From an uncultured Frigidibacter sp. (GTDB lineage Bacteria > Pseudomonadota > Alphaproteobacteria > Rhodobacterales > Rhodobacteraceae): a stretch of DNA of 64,000 nt. Under the pieces are notes generated by a model, which saw only the letters and a program-made list of their open reading frames with translations, was not told the origin of the DNA and ran no database searches. Positions 37,486-45,869 of this stretch are shown piece by piece. The position numbers and the translations under genes were made by a program. The stretch spans positions 6,475-70,474 of the forward strand of contig CAZORV010000001.1 in NCBI GenBank assembly GCA_964582215.1, given 5' to 3'. Position 1 is the first letter of the stretch; every line of letters begins with the position of its first letter.

Positions 37486-37863
37486 ATGGATCGCGCCGCA
37501 TTGCACCGCCGGATGACGGCACTTCAGGCCATCTCGGGCGTCCGGCGCGACGCCGATCTGGCGGCCCTGTCGGCGGTTTCCGCGCGGCTTGCCCGGACGG
37601 TGGACGCGCGCGACCGGCTTGAGGCCGACCTCGCGCGCGAGGCCGAGGCGGTGCTGCGGGCGCCGGACGTCCCGGCCTTGCGGGCGCTTGACCGCCATGT
37701 CCTGCTGGCCGAACAGGCCCGCGCCCTGCTCGAGGCGCGCATCGCCGCGATCGGTGCCGCGCGCGAGGCCGCCCGCGCGGTCGCCGCAACCTCGTTCGGG
37801 CGGGCCGTGGTGATGGGCCGACTGTGCGGCCGAATGACGACCCCGCGACGCCCGCAGGGCTGA
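37486..37863 (+). CDS. Small helical protein at the end of the flagellar operon (possible FliJ-like)
   Basis: 125 aa Ala/Arg/Leu-rich coiled-coil-like ORF starting 2 nt after the flhB stop. Confidence 0.55.
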   Translation: MDRAALHRRMTALQAISGVRRDADLAALSAVSARLARTVDARDRLEADLAREAEAVLRAPDVPALRALDRHVLLAEQARALLEARIAAIGAAREAARAVAATSFGRAVVMGRLCGRMTTPRRPQG

Positions 37864-37977
37864 AGCGCCGCCTGATCGCGCCCGATCACGAGTTGGATAG
37901 GCCGCCGCATTCGGCTTGGCCTTGCCCGGCGCGCCGCCCATAAAGGGGCGACAGTCCGCCAACAAAGGCCGCCGCGC

Positions 37978-40128
37978 GTGAAACGACCCCTGACCCTTGT
38001 GCTGATTCTGCTGGCGGGCGCGCTGCTGTTCGCGCTTTTCGGTCCCGAGGTCCGGGATCTGGCCGGGTTGCGGGCGATGCTGGCACGGCTCGAGGGCGCG
38101 CGGGCGGCGCATCCCCTGCTGGTCGCGGCGCTTTATTTCCTGGCCTATGTGGTGGTCACCGCCCTGTCGCTGCCGGTGGCGCTTTGGATGACGATCGGGG
38201 CCGGGGCGCTGTTCGGCTTCTGGACCGGGCTGGCGATTTCGTCTTTCGCGGCGGCGACCGGGGCGACGCTGGCCTTTCTGGCGGCCCGGCTGATCCTGCG
38301 CGACTGGGTTGCGGCGCGCTTTGGCGCGCGGCTGCGCGCAGTCAGCGACGGCATCGCCCGCGACGGCGCCTTCTATCTGTTCTCGCTGCGGCTGATCCCG
38401 GTCATCCCGTTTTTCGTCATCAATCTGGTGATGGCCCTGACACCGATCCGGACCCGCACCTTCTACCTGGTCAGCCAGATCGGCATGCTGGCCGGGGCGG
38501 CGGTCTATGTGAATGCCGGAACCCGGCTGGCGGGGCTGACCAGCCTGGCCGGCATCCTGTCGCCGGGGCTTCTGGCGTCGTTCCTGCTGCTTGCGATCTT
38601 TCCCTGGGCGGCGCGGGCGCTGATCGGATTTCTGCGGCAAAAGCGGGTCTATTCCGGCTGGAACCGGCCCAAAAGCTTTGACCGCAACCTGATCGTCATC
38701 GGGGGTGGGGCGGCGGGCCTGGTGTCATCCTATATCGCCGCGGCGGCGCAGGCCAAGGTGACGCTGGTCGAGGCCGGCGCGATGGGCGGCGACTGTCTGA
38801 ACTATGGCTGCGTGCCGTCGAAAGCGCTGATCAAGTCGGCCCGGATCGCCCATGAAATGCGCCACGCCGGGTCCTACGGCCTGCCCAACCAACAGCCCGC
38901 GATCGACTTTCCGGCGATCTTCCGGCGCATCGGCGCGGTGATTGCCGCGATTGCGCCGCATGATTCGGTCGAACGTTACACCGGGCTGGGGGTCGAGGTT
39001 CTGCAGGGCCGGGCCCGGATCGTTGATCCCTGGACGGTCACGGTCACGGCCACGGACGGCGCCGAGGTCCGGCTGACCAGCCGGGCGATCATTCTTGCGA
39101 CCGGCGCCGCGCCCATCGTGCCGCCGCTGCCGGGGCTGGACCAGACGGGCTATCTGACCTCGGACACATTGTGGGAAAGCTTTGCCGCGCGGGATGCTGC
39201 GCCGGGGCGGCTGGTCATTCTGGGCGGCGGGCCGATCGGCTGCGAACTGGCACAGGCCTTTGCGCGGCTGGGCGTCGCCGTCACCATCGTCGAGATGGCC
39301 CCCCGGGTCCTGGCGCGCGAGGATGAGGATGTGGCGGCCTTTGCCCTGTCGCGGCTGGCCGAAGACGGGGTCGAGGTTCTGACCGGCCACCGGGCGCTGG
39401 CCTGCGGGGCTGACGCCGGGGCGAAGTGGATCGAGGTCGACGGGCCGGGCGGCAAACGGCGGCTGGGGTTTGACGATCTGTTGATCGCGGTCGGGCGGAC
39501 GGCGCGGCTGACCGGTTTCGGCCTTGAGGAGCTGGGCATCCGCCCCGGCCGCGTGGTCGAGACGAACGACTATCTCGAGACGCTTTTCCCCAATATCTAC
39601 GCGGCAGGCGATGTGGCCGGGCCCTATCAGCTGACCCATGCGGCGGCGCATCAGGCCTGGTTTGCGACGGTGAACGCGCTCTTCGGCCAGTTCCGCCGCT
39701 TTCGCGCTGACTACCGCGCCCTGCCCGCCGTCACCTTTCTTGACCCCGAGATTGCCCGCGTCGGCCTGACCGAGGCCGAGGCGCGCGCCCGGTCCATCGC
39801 CTTTGAGGTGACGCGCTATGGCATCGACGATCTGGACCGGGCACTGACCGACAGCGCGGCCCGGGGCTTCGTCAAGGTGTTGACCGTCCCGGGGCGCGAC
39901 CGGATTCTGGGGGCCACGATCGTCGGCGAACATGCGGGCGAGCTGATCGCCGAATTCACCCTGGCGATGCGGCACGGGCTGGGGCTGGGCAAGATTCTGG
40001 GCACGGTCCATGCCTATCCGACCTTTGCCGAGGCCAACAAATATGCCGCCGGCGTCTGGCGCAAGGCCCATGTCAACCCGCGTCTTCTGGCGCTGGTGCG
40101 GCGGTTCCACGACTGGCGGCGGGGCTAG
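37978..40128 (+). CDS. TVP38/DedA membrane domain fused to a class I pyridine nucleotide-disulfide oxidoreductase
   Basis: N-terminal DedA motifs (GALFG, LRLIPVIPFFVINL), then GGGAAG, redox dithiol GGDCLNYGCVPSK, GGGPIGCE, YAAGD and HAYPTFAE. Confidence 0.92.
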   Translation: MKRPLTLVLILLAGALLFALFGPEVRDLAGLRAMLARLEGARAAHPLLVAALYFLAYVVVTALSLPVALWMTIGAGALFGFWTGLAISSFAAATGATLAFLAARLILRDWVAARFGARLRAVSDGIARDGAFYLFSLRLIPVIPFFVINLVMALTPIRTRTFYLVSQIGMLAGAAVYVNAGTRLAGLTSLAGILSPGLLASFLLLAIFPWAARALIGFLRQKRVYSGWNRPKSFDRNLIVIGGGAAGLVSSYIAAAAQAKVTLVEAGAMGGDCLNYGCVPSKALIKSARIAHEMRHAGSYGLPNQQPAIDFPAIFRRIGAVIAAIAPHDSVERYTGLGVEVLQGRARIVDPWTVTVTATDGAEVRLTSRAIILATGAAPIVPPLPGLDQTGYLTSDTLWESFAARDAAPGRLVILGGGPIGCELAQAFARLGVAVTIVEMAPRVLAREDEDVAAFALSRLAEDGVEVLTGHRALACGADAGAKWIEVDGPGGKRRLGFDDLLIAVGRTARLTGFGLEELGIRPGRVVETNDYLETLFPNIYAAGDVAGPYQLTHAAAHQAWFATVNALFGQFRRFRADYRALPAVTFLDPEIARVGLTEAEARARSIAFEVTRYGIDDLDRALTDSAARGFVKVLTVPGRDRILGATIVGEHAGELIAEFTLAMRHGLGLGKILGTVHAYPTFAEANKYAAGVWRKAHVNPRLLALVRRFHDWRRG

Positions 40129-40131
40129 GCG

Positions 40132-40764
40132 ATGATCGACCGTCACCTTCTGCCGCTGCAAAAAGCGGCTCTGTTCCGGCCCGCCGGGCGGCTTGTCGCG
40201 CTGGGCGTCGGCGCGGATCAGATCACGCTGGCGGGTTTTGGCTGCGGGCTTCTGGCGCTGCCGCTGCTGGCGGCCGGCTGGTTCAACGCCGCCCTGATCG
40301 CCATTCTGGCCAACCGTCTGCTGGACGGGCTGGACGGGGCGGTGGCGCGACTGACCGGACCGACAGACCGGGGGGCCTTTCTGGACATTGCTGCCGATTT
40401 TCTCTTTTACGCGCTCGTCCCCCTGGGCTTTGCGCTGGCCGACCCCGATGCGAATGCGCTGGCCGCGGCGGCGCTGATCACCGCCTTCGTCGGCACCGGT
40501 TCAAGCTTTCTGGCCTTTGCCGCCATCGCCGCCAAGACCGGGCGCACGGCGGCCGACTATCCGGCCAAGGGCATCTACTACCTCGGCGGTCTGACCGAGG
40601 GCGCCGAGACGATCGCGCTGTTCGTCGCGATCTGCCTTTGGCCCGCGGCCTTCGTGCCGCTGGCGCTGATCTACGCCGCCCTTTGCTTTTTCACCACCGG
40701 CCTGCGCTGGCACGCCGGCTGGCACGCCTTTGACCCGATGAATGACAAGCGGAGCACCGAATGA
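40132..40764 (+). CDS. CDP-alcohol phosphatidyltransferase family protein (YnjF-like)
   Basis: Complete signature DGLDGAVAR-x7-GAFLDIAAD, plus YYLGGLTEGAET. Confidence 0.9.
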   Translation: MIDRHLLPLQKAALFRPAGRLVALGVGADQITLAGFGCGLLALPLLAAGWFNAALIAILANRLLDGLDGAVARLTGPTDRGAFLDIAADFLFYALVPLGFALADPDANALAAAALITAFVGTGSSFLAFAAIAAKTGRTAADYPAKGIYYLGGLTEGAETIALFVAICLWPAAFVPLALIYAALCFFTTGLRWHAGWHAFDPMNDKRSTE

Positions 40765-41948
40765 AACGATTGTCCCTGGCCATGACCCTGCTGCTGGCGG
40801 CGCCCCCGGCCATGGCCGAAAGCTGGGATGAGACCCTGGCAGCCGCGCGCGGGCAGACCGTCTATTTCAACGCCTGGGGCGGTGATCCGCGCACCAATGA
40901 TTTCATCGCCTGGGCGGATCAGGAACTGAGCGCGGCCTACGGCGTGCATGTCGAGCAGGTCAAGCTGACCGATACGGCCGAGGCGGTTGCCCGGGTTGTG
41001 GCGGAAAAGGCGGCCGGCCAGACCGAAGGCGGGTCGGTCGATCTGATCTGGATCAACGGCGCGAATTTCCAGTCGATGAAGGAGGCGGGCCTTCTGTCCG
41101 GGCCGGTCCTGCCGCAGCTTCCGAATGCGAAGTATCTTGACCTGTCGCCCGGCTCGGCCGCGACGGTGGACTTCACCATCCCGACCGAAGGCTATGAGGT
41201 GCCCTGGCGGCTGGCGAAATTCGTCTATTCCTATGACAGCGCCCGCGTCACCGATCCGCCCCGGTCGGCGGCGGGCCTGCTTGACTGGGCGCGGGCACAT
41301 CCGGGCCGGTTCACCCATCCGGCCGTGCAGAATTTCATGGGCGCGACCTTCCTGAAACAGGCGCTGGTCGAGCTGGCGCCCGACCCGTCCGTCCTGCAGT
41401 CCGAGGCGACGGATGCGGCGTTTTCGGCCGCAACAGAGCCGCTTTGGGCCTGGTACGACGCGCTGCGCCCCAACCTTTGGCATGGCGGCGAGACATTCCC
41501 CGAAAACGAAAGCGTCCTGCAGCAGATGCTGAGCGATGGCGAGGTTGATTTCGGCATGGCCTTCGATCCGGCGGCAGCGGCAGCGGCGGTCGAAAAGGGG
41601 CTGCTGCCTGACAGTGTGCGGACCTACGGGCCCAGGGCCGGGTCGATCGGCAATGTCAGTTTCGTGGCGATCCCCTTCAACGCCGCCCACAAGGCAGGCG
41701 CAATGGTTGTCGCGAACTTCCTGCTGGCCCCCGAAACCCAGGCGCGGGCGCAGGACATCCGGGTTCTGGGCAGCTATTCGGTTCTGGACATGGCGCGGCT
41801 GGAGGCGGCCGACAGACAGGCCTTCGACGCCCTGCCGGCCTCGGCCGCGCTGCCCGCACCCGGCGATCTTGGTCCGACCCTGATCGAGCCGCATCCAAGC
41901 TGGATGCAGCGGCTGACGGACGAATGGGCAAAGCGCTATACGGAATGA
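40761..41948 (+). CDS. ynjB: ABC transporter substrate-binding protein (YnjB-like)
   Basis: Signal peptide, GQTVYFNAWGG, GSVDLIWING.NF, HPGRFT and FVAIPFNA. Confidence 0.85.
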   Translation: MKRLSLAMTLLLAAPPAMAESWDETLAAARGQTVYFNAWGGDPRTNDFIAWADQELSAAYGVHVEQVKLTDTAEAVARVVAEKAAGQTEGGSVDLIWINGANFQSMKEAGLLSGPVLPQLPNAKYLDLSPGSAATVDFTIPTEGYEVPWRLAKFVYSYDSARVTDPPRSAAGLLDWARAHPGRFTHPAVQNFMGATFLKQALVELAPDPSVLQSEATDAAFSAATEPLWAWYDALRPNLWHGGETFPENESVLQQMLSDGEVDFGMAFDPAAAAAAVEKGLLPDSVRTYGPRAGSIGNVSFVAIPFNAAHKAGAMVVANFLLAPETQARAQDIRVLGSYSVLDMARLEAADRQAFDALPASAALPAPGDLGPTLIEPHPSWMQRLTDEWAKRYTE

Positions 41949-43636
41949 TGGCAAACGACGGACGGGCCCTGCGCGCGACGGTTCTGCTGCTGGTCGGGCT
42001 TGGCCTGATCGGGCCGATCGCGGCGGGTCTGGCCGAGACGGCGCGGGCGGCGTTCGGGCTTTTGCCCGGGCTGTCGGATCGCCCGGGCTGGGTGCGGCTG
42101 GCGGGCCTGCCCGGCGTGGGCCGCAGCGTTCTTCTGACGCTCTGGACCGGGTTTGCGGCGACGGGGCTGGCGCTTTGGGCGGCCTTCGCCTTGGCCGGGC
42201 AACTGGTGCAGCGGGGCGGGGCGGGGCGGATCGCCGCGTGGCTTGCGCCACTTCTGGCGGCGCCGCATGCGGCGATGGCGGTGGGGCTGGCCTTTCTGCT
42301 GGCGCCGTCGGGCTGGCTGGCCCGGATCGTCAGTCCCGGCCTGACCGGCTGGCAGGTGCCGCCCGACGTGACGGTGCCCCATGACGCGGCGGGCCTGACG
42401 CTGATTGCCGGGCTGGTGCTGAAGGAGCTGCCGTTTCTGCTGCTGGTCATGCTGGCGGCCCTTGGTCAGATCCCCGTCGGCCGGCGGATGGCGACGGGTC
42501 GCGCGCTGGGATACGCGCCCTGGGACTGCTGGGTCTGGATCATCGGCCCGGCGCTTTACCGGCTGATCCGGTTGCCGGTCTATGTGGTGCTGGCCTTTTC
42601 GCTGTCGACGGTCGACATGGCAATCCTGCTTGGCCCGTCGAACCCGCCGCCGCTGGCCGTCGCCATGACCCGCTGGTTCCAGTCGGGCGATCTTGGGCTG
42701 TTCGCGCCCGCCGCCGCGGCGGCATTGCTGCAAGGCGCGCTGGTCGCGGGCGGGATCGGTCTTTGGGCGCTGGCCGAGCGGCTGGTGGCCCTTGCCAGTC
42801 ACCGGCGGCTGGCGACCGGCTGGCGGCGGCACCCGGCGGTCGCGCTGCCTTTGGGCGCCGGGCTGGCGGGCGGGCTGATCGGGGGCGGCCTCATGTCATT
42901 GGCGGCGCTGATCGTCTGGTCGCTGGCCGACCACTGGACCTTTCCGGCCAACCTGCCTGACCGCTGGACCCTGCGCCTTTGGCTGGCGCCGGACGCTGGC
43001 TGGGGCGGCGCGCTTTGGCGCAGTCTGGCGATCGCCCTGCCCGCGACGTTCAGTTCGCTGCTGGTCGCCATCCTCTGGCTGGAGGGTGAGGCGCGGGGCC
43101 GCTATGCCCGGGCACGATGGGCCGAGGCGCTGATCTATCTGCCGCTGCTGGTGCCGCAACCCGCCTTTCTGTTCGGCCTGCACATCGCCGCCCTGCGGCT
43201 GGGGCTTGCTGCCGGGCCGGTTGCGGTGATCTGGGCGCATGTGATCTTCGTCTTTCCCTATGTCATGCTGGCCCTGTCCGAAGCCTGGCGCGCCACCGAT
43301 CCCTGTCTGATCCGCAGCGCGGCCTCGCTGGGTGCCGGGCCAGGGCGGCGGCTGATCGCGGTGCGCCTGCCGCTGCTGCTCGGGCCGCTGGCGACCGCCG
43401 CGGCGATCGGTTTCGCCGTGTCGGTGGCGCAGTATCTGCCGACGCTGGTGCTGGGCGCCGGGCGCATGGCGACGCTGACGACCGAGGCGGTGACGCTGGC
43501 CTCGGGCGGGGACCGGCGGTTGACCGGGCTGTATGCGGCGCTGCAATCGGCACTGCCGCTGCTGGTCTACGGCGCGGCGCTGGCGCTGCCGGCGCTGGTC
43601 TGGCGGAACCGTCGCGGTCCGAGGGGGCAAGGTTAG
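41945..43636 (+). CDS. ynjC: ABC transporter permease, fused double domain (YnjC-like)
   Basis: LAAPHAAMAVG, KELPFLL and SVAQYLPTL..GAGR..TLTTEAV motifs. Multiple TM segments. Confidence 0.85.
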   Translation: MMANDGRALRATVLLLVGLGLIGPIAAGLAETARAAFGLLPGLSDRPGWVRLAGLPGVGRSVLLTLWTGFAATGLALWAAFALAGQLVQRGGAGRIAAWLAPLLAAPHAAMAVGLAFLLAPSGWLARIVSPGLTGWQVPPDVTVPHDAAGLTLIAGLVLKELPFLLLVMLAALGQIPVGRRMATGRALGYAPWDCWVWIIGPALYRLIRLPVYVVLAFSLSTVDMAILLGPSNPPPLAVAMTRWFQSGDLGLFAPAAAAALLQGALVAGGIGLWALAERLVALASHRRLATGWRRHPAVALPLGAGLAGGLIGGGLMSLAALIVWSLADHWTFPANLPDRWTLRLWLAPDAGWGGALWRSLAIALPATFSSLLVAILWLEGEARGRYARARWAEALIYLPLLVPQPAFLFGLHIAALRLGLAAGPVAVIWAHVIFVFPYVMLALSEAWRATDPCLIRSAASLGAGPGRRLIAVRLPLLLGPLATAAAIGFAVSVAQYLPTLVLGAGRMATLTTEAVTLASGGDRRLTGLYAALQSALPLLVYGAALALPALVWRNRRGPRGQG

Positions 43637-43637
43637 G

Positions 43638-44291
43638 ATGCTTTCGCTGCGCCAGATCAGCCTGACCGCCCGGGGCAGTGCCCGGCCGCTGTTTCCGGCA
43701 CTGTCGCTGGATGTGGCGCCGGGCCAGATTGCGACGGTCATGGGGGCGTCGGGAAGCGGCAAGTCGACGCTGCTGGACTTCGTCGGCGGTCATCTTGGCC
43801 GCGATTTCAGTGCGGCGGGGCAGGTGCTGCTGGCCGGGCGCGATCTGACCGCCCTTCCGGCCGAGGCGCGGGGCATCGGCATGCTGTTTCAGGATCCGGC
43901 GCTGTTTCCGCATCTGTCGGTCGGGCAGAATCTGGCCTTTGGTCTGGGGCCGGGGCTGCGCGGCCGGGCGGCGCGGCAGGCGGCGGTCGAGGAAGCATTG
44001 GTGCAGGCCGGACTGCAGGGCTTTGCCGACCGCGATCCGGCGACCCTGTCGGGCGGGCAAAAGGCCCGCGTCGCGCTGATGCGGGCGCTGTTGGCGCGGC
44101 CGGGGGCCCTGTTGCTGGACGAGCCGTTTTCAAAGCTGGACACGGAACTCCGGTCCGAAATCCGCGGCTTTGTCTTCGCCCATATCGCCGCGCGCGGCAT
44201 TCCGGCGCTGCTGGCCACCCATGACGCCGCCGACGCCGCTGCGGCAGGCGGGCCGGAAATCAGGCTCGGTTCCGGCCCGGATCAGGGTTAG
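43638..44291 (+). CDS. ynjD: ABC transporter ATP-binding protein (YnjD-like)
   Basis: Walker A GASGSGKS, LSGGQ and Walker B LLLDEPF. Confidence 0.9.
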   Translation: MLSLRQISLTARGSARPLFPALSLDVAPGQIATVMGASGSGKSTLLDFVGGHLGRDFSAAGQVLLAGRDLTALPAEARGIGMLFQDPALFPHLSVGQNLAFGLGPGLRGRAARQAAVEEALVQAGLQGFADRDPATLSGGQKARVALMRALLARPGALLLDEPFSKLDTELRSEIRGFVFAHIAARGIPALLATHDAADAAAAGGPEIRLGSGPDQG

Positions 44292-44303
44292 ACCCCGCCC
44301 GAA

Positions 44304-45869
44304 TCAGGGTTTGGCATTCCTGGTCAGCACATAGAATTCGTCGGCCTTGAGGCTCGCCCAATCCTCGCCCGAGCCGTCGGGCCAGATCACCCGGACCTCG
44401 GCCTTGTCCAGCGCGCCCAGTCCGAAGTGCCACCAGCCGGCCTGTCCGCTGGCATGGCCGCCACCGACGGTGATCTCGCGCCGGATCGTCCGGTCGCCCA
44501 GCCGGACCTCGATCCAGCTGCCGATGGCGTTGGCATTGGTGCCCTTCTGGCGCAGCTGCAATCCGATCCAGTGGCCGGCCGGGCCGGTGTTGCGCCAGAT
44601 CTCGGTCGGGGAATTGCGGTTCACGACCACCAGATCCATCAGCCCGTCCAGGTTGAAGTCATCCAGCATCGCCCCCCGCGCAATCGCCATGCTGGCCACG
44701 CCGGCCTTGTCGCCCGCCTCGACAAAACTGCCGTCGGGCTTTTGCAGCAAAAGGTTGTTGGGGTCCTTCATCGCAAAGTCGGGCATGGCGGTGACGTTGC
44801 CCTTGGCGACGAACAGATCGGCAAAGCCGTCGTTGTTCACATCCTCAAACTGCGCATGCCAGCCGGTCGAGGGCCGCTGATCGCCGCCGGTATAGGGCCG
44901 GTGGGCGGTGGCGCCCCGGGCAAAGGCCACATCCTTGTAGGTCGGCGCCGCGCCTTCCGGCTCGCCGTCCAGTGTCTGCAGCTTGTTGTCGGCCATGCTG
45001 GTCAGGAAGTAGTCGGGAAAACCGTCGCTATCGAGGTCATAGCTGGCGATTCCCATCCCCCAAAGCTTCAGCGGCTTCCAGCCTTCCTTGGCGGTATAGG
45101 CGCGGGGGTCGGCGCCGGGGGTCAGCTGCCAAAGCTGTTCCTGCCCGCCTTCGTAATATTCCCGATCGTTCGAGACACGAAGCGACGGCGTGCCGGACCG
45201 GTTCCAGTCGGTGAACAGCATCGACAAGGCACAGTAGGACGGTTTCAACGGATATGGCGGGGCAAAGCCGGTCGGCCCGGCGGGGCGGTGCAGCCAGTTG
45301 TCGGTGCAGGAGCCCCAGGGTGAAAATTCCTCGGTCCGGTCGATGTAGTTTCCGATGGCGATGGTCGGCCAGCTGGCGCCCTTTTCCCAGGTTGCTGCCA
45401 GCGCGGTTGACCAGCCGTCGCCCCCGTCAAAGCCCCAGTCCTTGTTGGCAGCGGTAAAGTGACAGTCGCCGGTACCGCGCATGGCGATGTTCGCGCCGAC
45501 CCGCAGCAGGATCAGGTCCATGATCCCGTCGCTGTCAACGTCAAGCGGGTAGGCCCCCGAAACCTTGTCAACCTCAAGCCCGCTGGGTGTTTCGACAAAC
45601 TTCAGCGGCCCGCCGGTTTCGCTGATGTTGCGGTAGAACCGGCCGGGCAGTTCGCCCCCGGCCAGAAACATCTCGTCCATACCGTCGCCGTCGCAGTCAA
45701 AGGTCGCGACACCGCCGCCGACCATGAACTCCCATTCGCCGGTGAATGTATGGTCGATCCCGGCGCCGGCGGTTTCGTCGACAAAGGCGGGGACGGCCGG
45801 CATATCGTCGGCGAAGACCGGCTGGACAAGCGAAAGCAGCAGGAACAGACCCGATTTCAGGATGCGCAT
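44304..45869 (-). CDS. Secreted CRTAC1-family protein (FG-GAP/VCBS repeats plus ASPIC/UnbV domain)
   Basis: Signal peptide. Repeated DxDxDGxxD motifs (DCDGDGMDE, DVDSDGIMD, DLDSDGFPD, DVNNDGFAD, DFNLDGLMD). C-terminal NANAIGSWIEV..GGGHASGQ...HFGLG...VIWPDG. Confidence 0.9.
   Translation of the reverse strand: MRILKSGLFLLLSLVQPVFADDMPAVPAFVDETAGAGIDHTFTGEWEFMVGGGVATFDCDGDGMDEMFLAGGELPGRFYRNISETGGPLKFVETPSGLEVDKVSGAYPLDVDSDGIMDLILLRVGANIAMRGTGDCHFTAANKDWGFDGGDGWSTALAATWEKGASWPTIAIGNYIDRTEEFSPWGSCTDNWLHRPAGPTGFAPPYPLKPSYCALSMLFTDWNRSGTPSLRVSNDREYYEGGQEQLWQLTPGADPRAYTAKEGWKPLKLWGMGIASYDLDSDGFPDYFLTSMADNKLQTLDGEPEGAAPTYKDVAFARGATAHRPYTGGDQRPSTGWHAQFEDVNNDGFADLFVAKGNVTAMPDFAMKDPNNLLLQKPDGSFVEAGDKAGVASMAIARGAMLDDFNLDGLMDLVVVNRNSPTEIWRNTGPAGHWIGLQLRQKGTNANAIGSWIEVRLGDRTIRREITVGGGHASGQAGWWHFGLGALDKAEVRVIWPDGSGEDWASLKADEFYVLTRNAKP

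Noticed and set aside
37978..40128. Mercuric reductase (merA) or dihydrolipoamide dehydrogenase call
   Set aside because: No C-terminal Cys-Cys pair, no NmerA domain and no mer genes. No 2-oxoacid dehydrogenase genes nearby. The DedA fusion indicates a different subfamily.
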